DNA of 37,975 nt, taken from a virus. Taxonomy: Duplodnaviria > Heunggongvirae > Uroviricota > Caudoviricetes. Below the pieces are notes generated by a model. That model searched no databases. It saw nothing but the letters and a program-made list of their open reading frames with translations, and was not told the DNA's origin. Both the position numbers and the translations under genes were made by a program. Each line of letters opens with the position of its first letter. Position 1 is the first letter of the stretch. Location: IMG/VR virus record IMGVR_UViG_2695420398_000011; one strand, 5' to 3'. This document shows, in pieces, positions 18,426 through 26,594 of this stretch.

Positions 18426-18576
18426 TACTCCCACATGGGGAAATCTCGGTATATGGGGCGACCGCCTTCTGGATGCACTGGAAACCTGTAACGCGGATAA
18501 ACGGGCCATTGAATTACTGGAACAGCGCAGGCTGCAACGACTGAACAACGAGGACAACAACCATGCTGAAAACTGA
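18286..18576 (+). CDS. lysC: Outer-membrane lipoprotein spanin (LysC/Rz1-like)
   Basis: Lipobox LLTGC after a short signal sequence, Pro-rich body; gene overlaps 3' end of lysB in another frame. Start could also be 18256. Confidence 0.6.
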   Translation: MNAPTLCLTLVLLTGCAGTQNAPRPAPSVRLIPQTLTMPVMPPPFPDTPTWGNLGIWGDRLLDALETCNADKRAIELLEQRRLQRLNNEDNNHAEN

Positions 18577-19030
18577 TTCCCTGCGTGAAGCCATGACCCG
18601 TTCATGCCGATGGTGTCAGGCTAACCCGGAAAAATTCACCATTTTCGTGGAGAGCGGCAACATTGAAACGACCGGAGAAACGCCCTCGTTTGTTTACCGC
18701 TATCAGATGGTGATGTTTGTCATGGATTACGCCGGAGAGCTGGACGACCTCACGCTGCCGCTGCTGGCGTGGTTATCCGAAAATCAGCCACAATTGTTGC
18801 TCAACCCTGAGCGTAATCAGGACATCAAATTCTCCGCCGTTATCAATGACGATGACAGCGCCGATCTCCTGTTTACGCTCCCCCTGCGGGAACGCGTTCG
18901 CATCACGCGCAGCAGTCAGGGCACACCGCAGGCAGAACACCTGCCGGAGCCAAAACCCCGCCTGCCATCTTCCGAAGGCGACTGGTCGCATGTATTCCAG
19001 GATGTGACGTGGGGTGAAAGCGATGGATAA
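18563..19030 (+). CDS. R: Tail completion protein (P2 gpR-like)
   Basis: 155-aa ORF, same length as P2 gpR, conserved position. Confidence 0.8.
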   Translation: MLKTDSLREAMTRSCRWCQANPEKFTIFVESGNIETTGETPSFVYRYQMVMFVMDYAGELDDLTLPLLAWLSENQPQLLLNPERNQDIKFSAVINDDDSADLLFTLPLRERVRITRSSQGTPQAEHLPEPKPRLPSSEGDWSHVFQDVTWGESDG

Positions 19031-19658
19031 GGCATTCACCCGCGTGGATGAAAGCTTTGAGGCCATCCGCGACAGCCTGAATCAGCAGGCCATCAATAAC
19101 ATCGCCAGAAAGCTGGCACAGGATTTACGCCGCGCCCAGCAGGCGCGTATCCGGTCACAGAAAGCGCCGGACGGGACCGCGTGGACACCACGCAGACGCC
19201 GCGTAACCCGGATACAGGAACGCATTCGCTTTATCTGGAATAACGAAGCACGCGCGCTGAAAAACTGGCATCACGACACGGGGAAATACGGGCGAACCAT
19301 TACCGGGTGGGATGAGGATAAAAACAATATCCGCACGTTTTACCGGGATGACATCGACCGTTTTCTGGAAATACGCACCCGGCGCATCAACCAGGACAGC
19401 ACAAAGCGCGTCCCCATGTTCGTAAAACTGCGCACCGCCCGCTACCTGAAAGCCCGTGCAGATGCTTCCGGTGTGACGGTGGGTTACAGCGGCGTGGCCG
19501 CACGTATTGCCCGCGTTCATCAGTTCGGTGAGCGCGATCAGGTTGCGCCGGGCATTTTCACCGATTACCCGGTACGTGAGCTGTTGGGTATCAGCCAGGC
19601 AGATGAGCGCCTGATTTATAACACGGTGCTGGGCCGGATTGCGGAGGCTGTACGGTGA
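19014..19658 (+). CDS. S: Virion morphogenesis / tail completion protein (P2 gpS-like)
   Basis: 214-aa ORF overlapping R end; conserved position before V; longer than the roughly 150-aa P2 gpS I recall. Confidence 0.7.
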   Translation: MKAMDKAFTRVDESFEAIRDSLNQQAINNIARKLAQDLRRAQQARIRSQKAPDGTAWTPRRRRVTRIQERIRFIWNNEARALKNWHHDTGKYGRTITGWDEDKNNIRTFYRDDIDRFLEIRTRRINQDSTKRVPMFVKLRTARYLKARADASGVTVGYSGVAARIARVHQFGERDQVAPGIFTDYPVRELLGISQADERLIYNTVLGRIAEAVR

Positions 19659-20236
19659 GCGCAGAACTCATGCGACTGCTGAGCAACATCATCCGTACCG
19701 GGATCATCTCTGAAGTTGATGAGGAATCCTGGTGCGTGCGCGTTCGCAGCGGCGAACTGGAAACAGGCTGGCTGCGCTGGAACACCACGCGCGCGGGAGC
19801 CTTCAATGTGTGGCTGCCGCCATCACCAGGCGAACAGGTGGTAATTGCCTGCATTGGCGGCAACCCGGAAACCGCCATGATAATTGGCAGCCTGTGGAGT
19901 GATGCCAATCCGGCCCCCGGCAAAAGCCTGAAAGAAATCGTGATCAGCGCGCCGGATGGCGCGGCGTTCCGCTACGACGCGGACGCAGGCGCACTGAGCG
20001 CCAGCGGCATGAAAACGGCCACTTTACAGGCATCCGTCAGCGTGACACTGGACACGCCCGTCGTGGAATGCACAAACCTTCTGAGAACAGCGACGCTTGA
20101 CGTCACAAAAGGAGGAAAGATGAGCGGCAATATCACGCACAGCGGCGGCGATTTCACCTCAAACGGCATCACAGTGCATACGCATAAACACGGTGGCGTT
20201 AAAGGTGGCAGCGATTCGACAGGAGGCCCGCAGTGA
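19655..20236 (+). CDS. V: Baseplate spike protein (P2 gpV-like)
   Basis: 193-aa ORF; conserved position. Confidence 0.85.
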   Translation: MSAELMRLLSNIIRTGIISEVDEESWCVRVRSGELETGWLRWNTTRAGAFNVWLPPSPGEQVVIACIGGNPETAMIIGSLWSDANPAPGKSLKEIVISAPDGAAFRYDADAGALSASGMKTATLQASVSVTLDTPVVECTNLLRTATLDVTKGGKMSGNITHSGGDFTSNGITVHTHKHGGVKGGSDSTGGPQ

Positions 20237-20583
20237 CAACCCGCTACACAGGAATGAACCCGGACGGAACGGGAAACCTGAACGATACGGAGCACCTGAA
20301 ACAGTCAGTCAGGGACATCCTGACCACCCCGCTGGCAAGCCGGGTTATGCGACGGGAATATGGCAGCCTTGTGCCTGATTTGATTGACGAACCCATGAAT
20401 AACACAACTCGTCTGCAATGCATGAGTGCTGCCGTGATTGCGCTGACACGATGGGAACCCCGCATTGCCCTGGACGCCATCGACGTTGTCTGGAAGGCAG
20501 GAGGCCGCGCCGGGGTGACGCTGTCGGGCACTGTCATGCAGACCATGCAGAATGTTGAATTAACCATCACGCTGAGAGAGTAA
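20233..20583 (+). CDS. W: Baseplate protein (P2 gpW-like)
   Basis: 116-aa ORF; conserved position. Confidence 0.85.
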   Translation: MTTRYTGMNPDGTGNLNDTEHLKQSVRDILTTPLASRVMRREYGSLVPDLIDEPMNNTTRLQCMSAAVIALTRWEPRIALDAIDVVWKAGGRAGVTLSGTVMQTMQNVELTITLRE

Positions 20584-20586
20584 ATC

Positions 20587-21483
20587 ATGCCTGCTGTTGA
20601 CCTTTCCCAGTTACCGGAACCCGCCATCATCGCGGAGCCTGATTTTGAGGCAATTCTGGCTGACACAAAGGCCATGATGATTGCGTCCTATCCTGCCGAA
20701 CAGCGTGAAGCCGTCTCCGCCGCGCTGGAGCTGGAATCGGAACCCCTGAACGTTATCGCTCAAACCATGTCTTTTCGTGAAATGCTGTTACGCCAGCGGG
20801 TCAATGAGGGTGCACGCGCCTGCATGCTAAGCCACAGCGCCGGGACAGACCTGGACAACCTCGCGGGCAATATGAACACAAAGCGCCTGGTTATCACTCC
20901 GGCAACGGATACCACCGACGCAGTGATGGAAAGTGACACCTCGCTGAGACTACGGGCGCAACGGGCATATGACGGTCTGAGTGTTGCTGGCCCGTCAGGT
21001 GCATACGAGTATTTTGCACGCAGCGCCAGCGGTCTGGTACGCGATGCGCGGGCCATCAGCCCGTCTCCGGCCAACGTGACGGTTTCCATCCTGTCCACTG
21101 AGGGCGACGGCACAGCAACGGAGGTGTTGCTTAATACCGTTCGCGCCGTTCTGAATGCAGAGGATACCCGCCCGGTGGCCGACCGCCTGACCGTACAGAG
21201 TGCCAGAATCGTGACATGGCGGCTGAATGCAAAACTGTACTTTTACCCCGGCCCGGAATCCGAACCTATTCTGGCCGCGGCGGAATCGTCGTTCAGGAAG
21301 TGGCTGTCTGAGCAGGGGCTTATCGGTCAGGACGTGGCGTTGTCAGCCATTGCTGCCGCATTGCATGTGCACGGTGTGCAACGCGTGGAGATAATCGAAC
21401 CCACACAAAATATGGCCATCAGCGACATACAGGCGGCGCGCTGTGAGTCATTCACCATCAGCGAAGGTGGGCGTAATGAGTAA
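20587..21483 (+). CDS. J: Baseplate assembly protein (P2 gpJ-like)
   Basis: 298-aa ORF; conserved position. Confidence 0.85.
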   Translation: MPAVDLSQLPEPAIIAEPDFEAILADTKAMMIASYPAEQREAVSAALELESEPLNVIAQTMSFREMLLRQRVNEGARACMLSHSAGTDLDNLAGNMNTKRLVITPATDTTDAVMESDTSLRLRAQRAYDGLSVAGPSGAYEYFARSASGLVRDARAISPSPANVTVSILSTEGDGTATEVLLNTVRAVLNAEDTRPVADRLTVQSARIVTWRLNAKLYFYPGPESEPILAAAESSFRKWLSEQGLIGQDVALSAIAAALHVHGVQRVEIIEPTQNMAISDIQAARCESFTISEGGRNE

Positions 21484-22006
21484 TTCACTGTTACCGCCAT
21501 CAGCCAGCAATTTCATGCGTTGTGCCGAAGCTGTCGGAACGCGCATTACAGACATTCCGGTAGACCTCAACACGCTGTGGTCGCCGGACACCTGCCCGGT
21601 GCATCTGCTGCCTTATCTCGCCTGGGCATTTTCCGTTGACCGCTGGGATCGCAACTGGCAGGAAGAGACAAAGCGACAGGTGATTCGTGATGCATGGCTG
21701 ATACACCGACACAAAGGGACCATCAGCGCACTGCGCCGGGCCATTGAGCCGCTGGGATACCTCATTCGTGTGTCTGAGTGGTGGGAGTTCGGCGGAGAAC
21801 CGGGAACATTTACCGTTGAAGTCGGCACGCTGGACAGTGGCGTGACGGAGGAAATGTATCTGGAAATGGAGCGGTTGATTGCTGATGCCCGCCCGGTCAG
21901 CCGCCACATGACAGGGCTGAATATCATTCAGGAGATCCCGGGGGATATTTTCGCGGCGGCAGCAACTTACGACGGTGAAGTCATTACCATTTATCCGGAC
22001 GATTAA
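21476..22006 (+). CDS. I: Baseplate protein (P2 gpI-like)
   Basis: ATG 21476 overlapping J stop; 176 aa. Confidence 0.8.
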   Translation: MSNSLLPPSASNFMRCAEAVGTRITDIPVDLNTLWSPDTCPVHLLPYLAWAFSVDRWDRNWQEETKRQVIRDAWLIHRHKGTISALRRAIEPLGYLIRVSEWWEFGGEPGTFTVEVGTLDSGVTEEMYLEMERLIADARPVSRHMTGLNIIQEIPGDIFAAAATYDGEVITIYPDD

Positions 22007-22008
22007 GC

Positions 22009-23835
22009 ATGAGTACCACAACACGAAAATTTAAAACCATTATCACTGATACTGGTGCCAAAAAATTAGCTCAGGCAGCCGCGCCAGATGGTAATCCTGT
22101 CCGCCTGACTCACATGGCCGTGGGCGACGGTGGCGGCACGTTGCCCACACCAGACAGTAAGCAGACCCGTCTGGTGCATGAGGTGTGGCGACATACTGTT
22201 AATCGCGTCATCCTGGACGCAACACATCAGAACCGCATTATTGCGGAGCTGGTTATTCCTCCTGAAACGGGCGGATTCTGGATCCGGGAAATTGGTGTAT
22301 TTGATGAGCACGGCGATTTAATCGCGGTGGGCAATACTGCCGAAAGTTACAAACCAACCGTTGCCGAGGGGTCCGGACGTGCACAAACATTTCGCACCAT
22401 TCTGACCGTATCCAGCACTGCCACCGTGGCGCTTACCGTGGATAACACCATGGTGATGGCCACAGTGGATTACGTGAATGACAAACTGAAAGAACATGAA
22501 CAGTCACGACGTCACCCGGACGCCTCGCTGACCGCAAAAGGCTTTGTTCAACTCAGTAGCGCCACTAACAGCACGTCTGAAGCACTGGCCGCAACGCCGA
22601 AAGCGGTCAAGACAGCCTATGACCTTGCTAACGGGAAATATACCGCTCAGGACGCCACGACGGCACGAAAAGGAATAGTCCAACTCAGTAGCGCCACTAA
22701 CAGCACGTCTGAAGCACTGGCCGCAACGCCGAAAGCGGTCAAGACAGCCTATGACCTTGCTAACGGGAAATATACCGCACAGGACGCCACGACGGCACGA
22801 AAAGGAATAGTCCAGCTCAGTAGCGTCACTAACAGTGATTCTGAAACGCTTGCCGCGACTCCGAAAGCGGTGAAAGCCGCTAATGACAATGCAAACGGGC
22901 GTGTGCCCTCTGGACGTAAGGTTAATGGCAAATCACTAGCCAATGATGTCAATGTTACATCGCAGGATATTTTTAACGACCAGAGTATTGAGATTGGTGC
23001 AAATCAGAATCTGGATAATTACAAAACACCGGGGCTGTACCATCAGCCATTGAATGCCAATACAAGCGCAGCGCTGAAATACCCGGAGAATTTTGCGGGT
23101 ACACTGGTTGTGCTTAAAAATGCCGGGATAACACAGATTTACTATGTGTATGACACATCCAGAAGCTATACCCGCAGCCAGTACTCAACGGGTGACTGGA
23201 CACCATGGACGCCACAAGATTCATTTCCGGTAGGTGCGGCGATACCGTGGCCTTCTGATTCAGTGCCTACAGGCTATACCGTTATGCAGGGGCAGACTTT
23301 TGATAAAACAGTCTACCCCCTGCTTGCAGTCGCTTATCCGTCTGGTGTGATCCCTGATATGCGTGGCTGGACGATTAAGGGCAAACCCGCCAGTGGTCGG
23401 GCCGTATTATCTCAGGAACAGGACGGCATTAAATCACACTCCCACAGTGCCAGCGCGTCCAGTACGGACTTGGGGACAAAAACCACATCATCATTTGACT
23501 ACGGCACCAAGACGTCCAGTTCATTTAACCATGGCACTAAAACCACGAATAGCGCCGGGGATCATTCACACAATATTCCTGTTGGCAACACTGGCGCTGG
23601 TAATGGTGTTTCGGCTGGTTATAACTCAGGGCTTGGCACTGGAAAAACAAGTAACGCAGGGGGGCACTCTCACACAGTAAATATTGGCGCACACACTCAT
23701 ACGGTAGGAATTGGCGCACACACACACTCCGTTGCGATAGGTTCACACGGGCATACCATCACCGTTAACGCTACGGGTAACGCAGAAAACACCGTAAAAA
23801 ACATCGCATTTAACTATATTGTGAGGCTTGCATGA
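22009..23835 (+). CDS. H: Tail fibre protein (P2 gpH-like), with internal tandem repeats and His-rich tip
   Basis: 608-aa ORF; repeated [19 protein letters not shown] units; C-terminal [35 protein letters not shown] HxH repeats typical of fibre tips. Confidence 0.85.
   Translation: MSTTTRKFKTIITDTGAKKLAQAAAPDGNPVRLTHMAVGDGGGTLPTPDSKQTRLVHEVWRHTVNRVILDATHQNRIIAELVIPPETGGFWIREIGVFDEHGDLIAVGNTAESYKPTVAEGSGRAQTFRTILTVSSTATVALTVDNTMVMATVDYVNDKLKEHEQSRRHPDASLTAKGFVQLSSATNSTSEALAATPKAVKTAYDLANGKYTAQDATTARKGIVQLSSATNSTSEALAATPKAVKTAYDLANGKYTAQDATTARKGIVQLSSVTNSDSETLAATPKAVKAANDNANGRVPSGRKVNGKSLANDVNVTSQDIFNDQSIEIGANQNLDNYKTPGLYHQPLNANTSAALKYPENFAGTLVVLKNAGITQIYYVYDTSRSYTRSQYSTGDWTPWTPQDSFPVGAAIPWPSDSVPTGYTVMQGQTFDKTVYPLLAVAYPSGVIPDMRGWTIKGKPASGRAVLSQEQDGIKSHSHSASASSTDLGTKTTSSFDYGTKTSSSFNHGTKTTNSAGDHSHNIPVGNTGAGNGVSAGYNSGLGTGKTSNAGGHSHTVNIGAHTHTVGIGAHTHSVAIGSHGHTITVNATGNAENTVKNIAFNYIVRLA
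22540..22900 (+). repeat. Tandem 132-bp in-frame repeats within the tail fibre gene
   Basis: Copies at about 22540-22671 and 22672-22803 are near-identical, followed by a diverged partial third copy. Confidence 0.8.
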
Positions 23836-24734
23836 TTACGCTCATTCTTTCTGCACCAGTAACAGAAATGGCTGAAGCATTTAAGCAGGTATTTGCAAAT
23901 GCAGATAGTGTGAATATTGTCGGAAAGCCATTTGAAACAATCAGAGAATTTGACTGCATGGTAAGTGCGGCAAATAGTTTCGGCTTGATGGATGGTGGCG
24001 TTGATGCCGCCATTACCGCATTCTTCGGTACTCAGTTACAGTCCCGCGTTCAGAATCATATTCTTCGTGAATATCTCGGCGAACAGCCTGTAGGTTCTGC
24101 ATTTGTCATTGAAACGGGGCATAATCATCACCCCTGGCTGGTACATGCGCCAACAATGCGTGTTCCGTTGACAATTGACGGAACAGACGCTGTATATAAC
24201 GCAACCTGGGCCGCTCTGCTTGCCATCTTTCAGCACAATAAAAACGCAACGACAGACATGAAAATAAAAACAGTGGTATTCCCTGCAATGGGGGCCGGAT
24301 GTGGTCAGGTGCCGTTTGAAAGTGTTGCCCGACAGATGAAGCAGGCATGGGATAACTTTAATAAAAAAACAGAATCAATTAACTGGGAATACGCACAATC
24401 TCGCCAGTCGGCAGTATTTGGCACATATGCATACTGTCCGGGTAATTCCGTTTGCCGTTATGCGGATACTAAATATATTGGATGCGGCGATTATCGGACG
24501 TGTTGCTCTCGTTCCGGGCAACTCTGTATTAACCCTGAACATCAGGCTGATGATGTACTGATACAACATCAGGCTAATAACCGTTTTCGCCCTGGTTCGC
24601 ATATACACCGGATTAATCCAGAAAATCCCGTAGGTAATGTCACCTCTGGCGCACATAGCCACGGAAGTAGCATCGTTATTGGTACTCCTACCCATACGCT
24701 CAATAAACAATATTCTGTCTCTGATATTAAGTAG
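23832..24734 (+). CDS. Macro-domain protein with Cys/His-rich fibre-tip-like C-terminus
   Basis: 300-aa ORF, start overlaps H stop; [17 protein letters not shown] and [14 protein letters not shown] resemble macro-domain motifs (NAAN..GGGVDGAI, FPAISTG) as recalled; C-terminus [17 protein letters not shown] resembles HxH fibre tips. Confidence 0.6.
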   Translation: MITLILSAPVTEMAEAFKQVFANADSVNIVGKPFETIREFDCMVSAANSFGLMDGGVDAAITAFFGTQLQSRVQNHILREYLGEQPVGSAFVIETGHNHHPWLVHAPTMRVPLTIDGTDAVYNATWAALLAIFQHNKNATTDMKIKTVVFPAMGAGCGQVPFESVARQMKQAWDNFNKKTESINWEYAQSRQSAVFGTYAYCPGNSVCRYADTKYIGCGDYRTCCSRSGQLCINPEHQADDVLIQHQANNRFRPGSHIHRINPENPVGNVTSGAHSHGSSIVIGTPTHTLNKQYSVSDIK

Positions 24735-24736
24735 AG

Positions 24737-25321
24737 GTGAACATGGATTTCAGAATGAGTGAACAATCACGGACCATAAAAATTTATAACCTGCTGGCCG
24801 GAACTAATGAATTTATTGGGGAAGGTGATGCATACATTCCACCTCATACAGGTCTGCCTGCAAACAGTACCGATATTGCACCACCAGATATTCCGGCAGG
24901 CTTCGTGGCTGTTTTCAACAGTGATGAGGCATCGTGGCATCTCGTTGAAGACCATCGGGGTAAAACGGTTTATGACGTGGCATCAGGGGACGCGTTATTT
25001 ATTTCTGAACTCGGTCCGTTACCGGAAAATGTTACCTGGTTGTCGCCGGATGGAGAGTGTCAGAAGTGGAACGGCACATCCTGGGTGAAAGATGCAGAAG
25101 CAGAAAAACTGTTTCGGGTACGGGAGGCAGAAGAAACAAAAAACAGCCTGATGCAGGTAGCCAGTGAGCATATTGCGCCACTTCAGGATGCCGTAGATTT
25201 GGATATTGCGACGGAGGAAGAGGCATCGTTACTGGCTGCATGGAAGACATATAGGGTATTGTTGAATCGTGTTGATACAACAGTAGCAGCGGATGTTGAG
25301 TGGCCAGTCGCCCCGCAATAA
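24737..25321 (+). CDS. G: Tail fibre assembly chaperone (P2 gpG/Tfa-like)
   Basis: 194-aa ORF; N-terminal region ([55 protein letters not shown]) matches enterobacterial Tfa proteins as recalled. Confidence 0.85.
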   Translation: MNMDFRMSEQSRTIKIYNLLAGTNEFIGEGDAYIPPHTGLPANSTDIAPPDIPAGFVAVFNSDEASWHLVEDHRGKTVYDVASGDALFISELGPLPENVTWLSPDGECQKWNGTSWVKDAEAEKLFRVREAEETKNSLMQVASEHIAPLQDAVDLDIATEEEASLLAAWKTYRVLLNRVDTTVAADVEWPVAPQ

Positions 25322-25364
25322 AAAGAAAAAGCCATCGACAGAAATATCGATGGCTTTATGTACT

Positions 25365-25970
25365 CTATTTATACAATACAACACCACTCTTTTTAGTTAT
25401 ATATGTGCAGTTTGATGGTATATCTTTATTTATAAAAGACATTGCACCTATTTTTACATTATCCCCAATTTTACGTGACAATCCAATGATGCAACAATTA
25501 GCTCCGATATCAACGTTACTACCAATTTTCACTCTTGAACCAGGCATGTCACCATCTATCTGTCCAATGGTAGTATTCTGTCGTAATACCAGATTTTCAC
25601 CCGCATCAACAGCAAAATGAACAACAATTCCAGCATGATGGGGAATTGTTAACCCTTTTCCAATATTTGCTCCCAATCCTATTTCACAACCAAATTTGTT
25701 AATTATTTTACTGTTTAACTTTTTGGCTGCTTTCTTATGTAATTTATTACCATTAATATACATTTCGTTAGCCAACCGCCACCAGAAAAGGAAATTCCGG
25801 TTACGCTGCTTTTTCTCTCTTAAAAGCCTCCAGATATCCATACGTTTCCGCCGAATTACTTCATGTTTCCAGAAGTTTTTTAAATTAGTAGAGTTCCCAA
25901 ATAAAACAAAGTGAATTGCCATTAAGTAAGACAGCACGAAAATCTCCTTAATTATTATTTCAGACCACAC
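25365..25970 (-). CDS. Hexapeptide-repeat acyltransferase (serine O-acetyltransferase / CysE-WcaB-like)
   Basis: 201-aa ORF; left-handed beta-helix repeats (IGLGANIGKG..IGSNVDIGANCCIIG..IGDNVKIGAMSFI); strongly AT-rich; at the position of P2 Z/fun. Confidence 0.7.
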   Translation of the reverse strand: MWSEIIIKEIFVLSYLMAIHFVLFGNSTNLKNFWKHEVIRRKRMDIWRLLREKKQRNRNFLFWWRLANEMYINGNKLHKKAAKKLNSKIINKFGCEIGLGANIGKGLTIPHHAGIVVHFAVDAGENLVLRQNTTIGQIDGDMPGSRVKIGSNVDIGANCCIIGLSRKIGDNVKIGAMSFINKDIPSNCTYITKKSGVVLYK

Positions 25971-26093
25971 ATGTTATAAGGTTAAGAGATTATAAAATCC
26001 TGTTATTTGTTATTCAAAAACAATTTTCTGAGAAGGACATACAACAGCAAGTCGCCAGTCACCTTCATCAGGAAATTGGCGACATACGTTAAA

Positions 26094-26588
26094 TCAGAGC
26101 AGCCCCTTAACTGAGCTGGCCGCACTATTAAGGGATGATGTCACCTTATCTTTGAAGCCGGACAACATATCGCTGAACGATGAGGATTGCAGGCGCTCCC
26201 GCAAATCCTCATCACAGCGTTCAAGAGTCAGTGAAAATTCTATCTTTTTCGCCTTACCGTAGCGATCAAACTCGGAACGGGTCGTATTCGTTCCGGTCAG
26301 GACATACATGCCGTAAATCTGCCCGACGCCATCAATCAGAGGCCAGGGTCGCCCTGTATACGCCTGCGTGGTCAGCAGCGACAGCGACACTTCACCACCT
26401 GTAATTTCAGGATAAAGCACACCAGAAAGAACGATGCGATCATCACCTGCACCGATATACTGCCAGCTTGCTGAACGGTTAACGCGTTCATTTTTCACAT
26501 GCCGCCAGCTTTTGTTTTGCTGTAACTGCTGATGCGGCAACGTGCGCAGCTCAAAAACAAACATGCCGTAGATCATCATCATGGCCAT
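26094..26588 (-). CDS. U: Tail protein U (P2 gpU-like)
   Basis: 164-aa ORF immediately downstream of tape-measure gene on the same strand. Confidence 0.8.
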   Translation of the reverse strand: MAMMMIYGMFVFELRTLPHQQLQQNKSWRHVKNERVNRSASWQYIGAGDDRIVLSGVLYPEITGGEVSLSLLTTQAYTGRPWPLIDGVGQIYGMYVLTGTNTTRSEFDRYGKAKKIEFSLTLERCDEDLRERLQSSSFSDMLSGFKDKVTSSLNSAASSVKGLL

Positions 26589-26594
26589 GACTCC

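Noticed and set aside
23400-23790. Short repeated His-rich units at the 3' end of gene H that could look like a repeat-spacer array.
   Set aside because: They are in-frame coding repeats (GAHTH motifs) of a tail fibre tip, irregular in length, with no flanking cas genes; not a CRISPR array.
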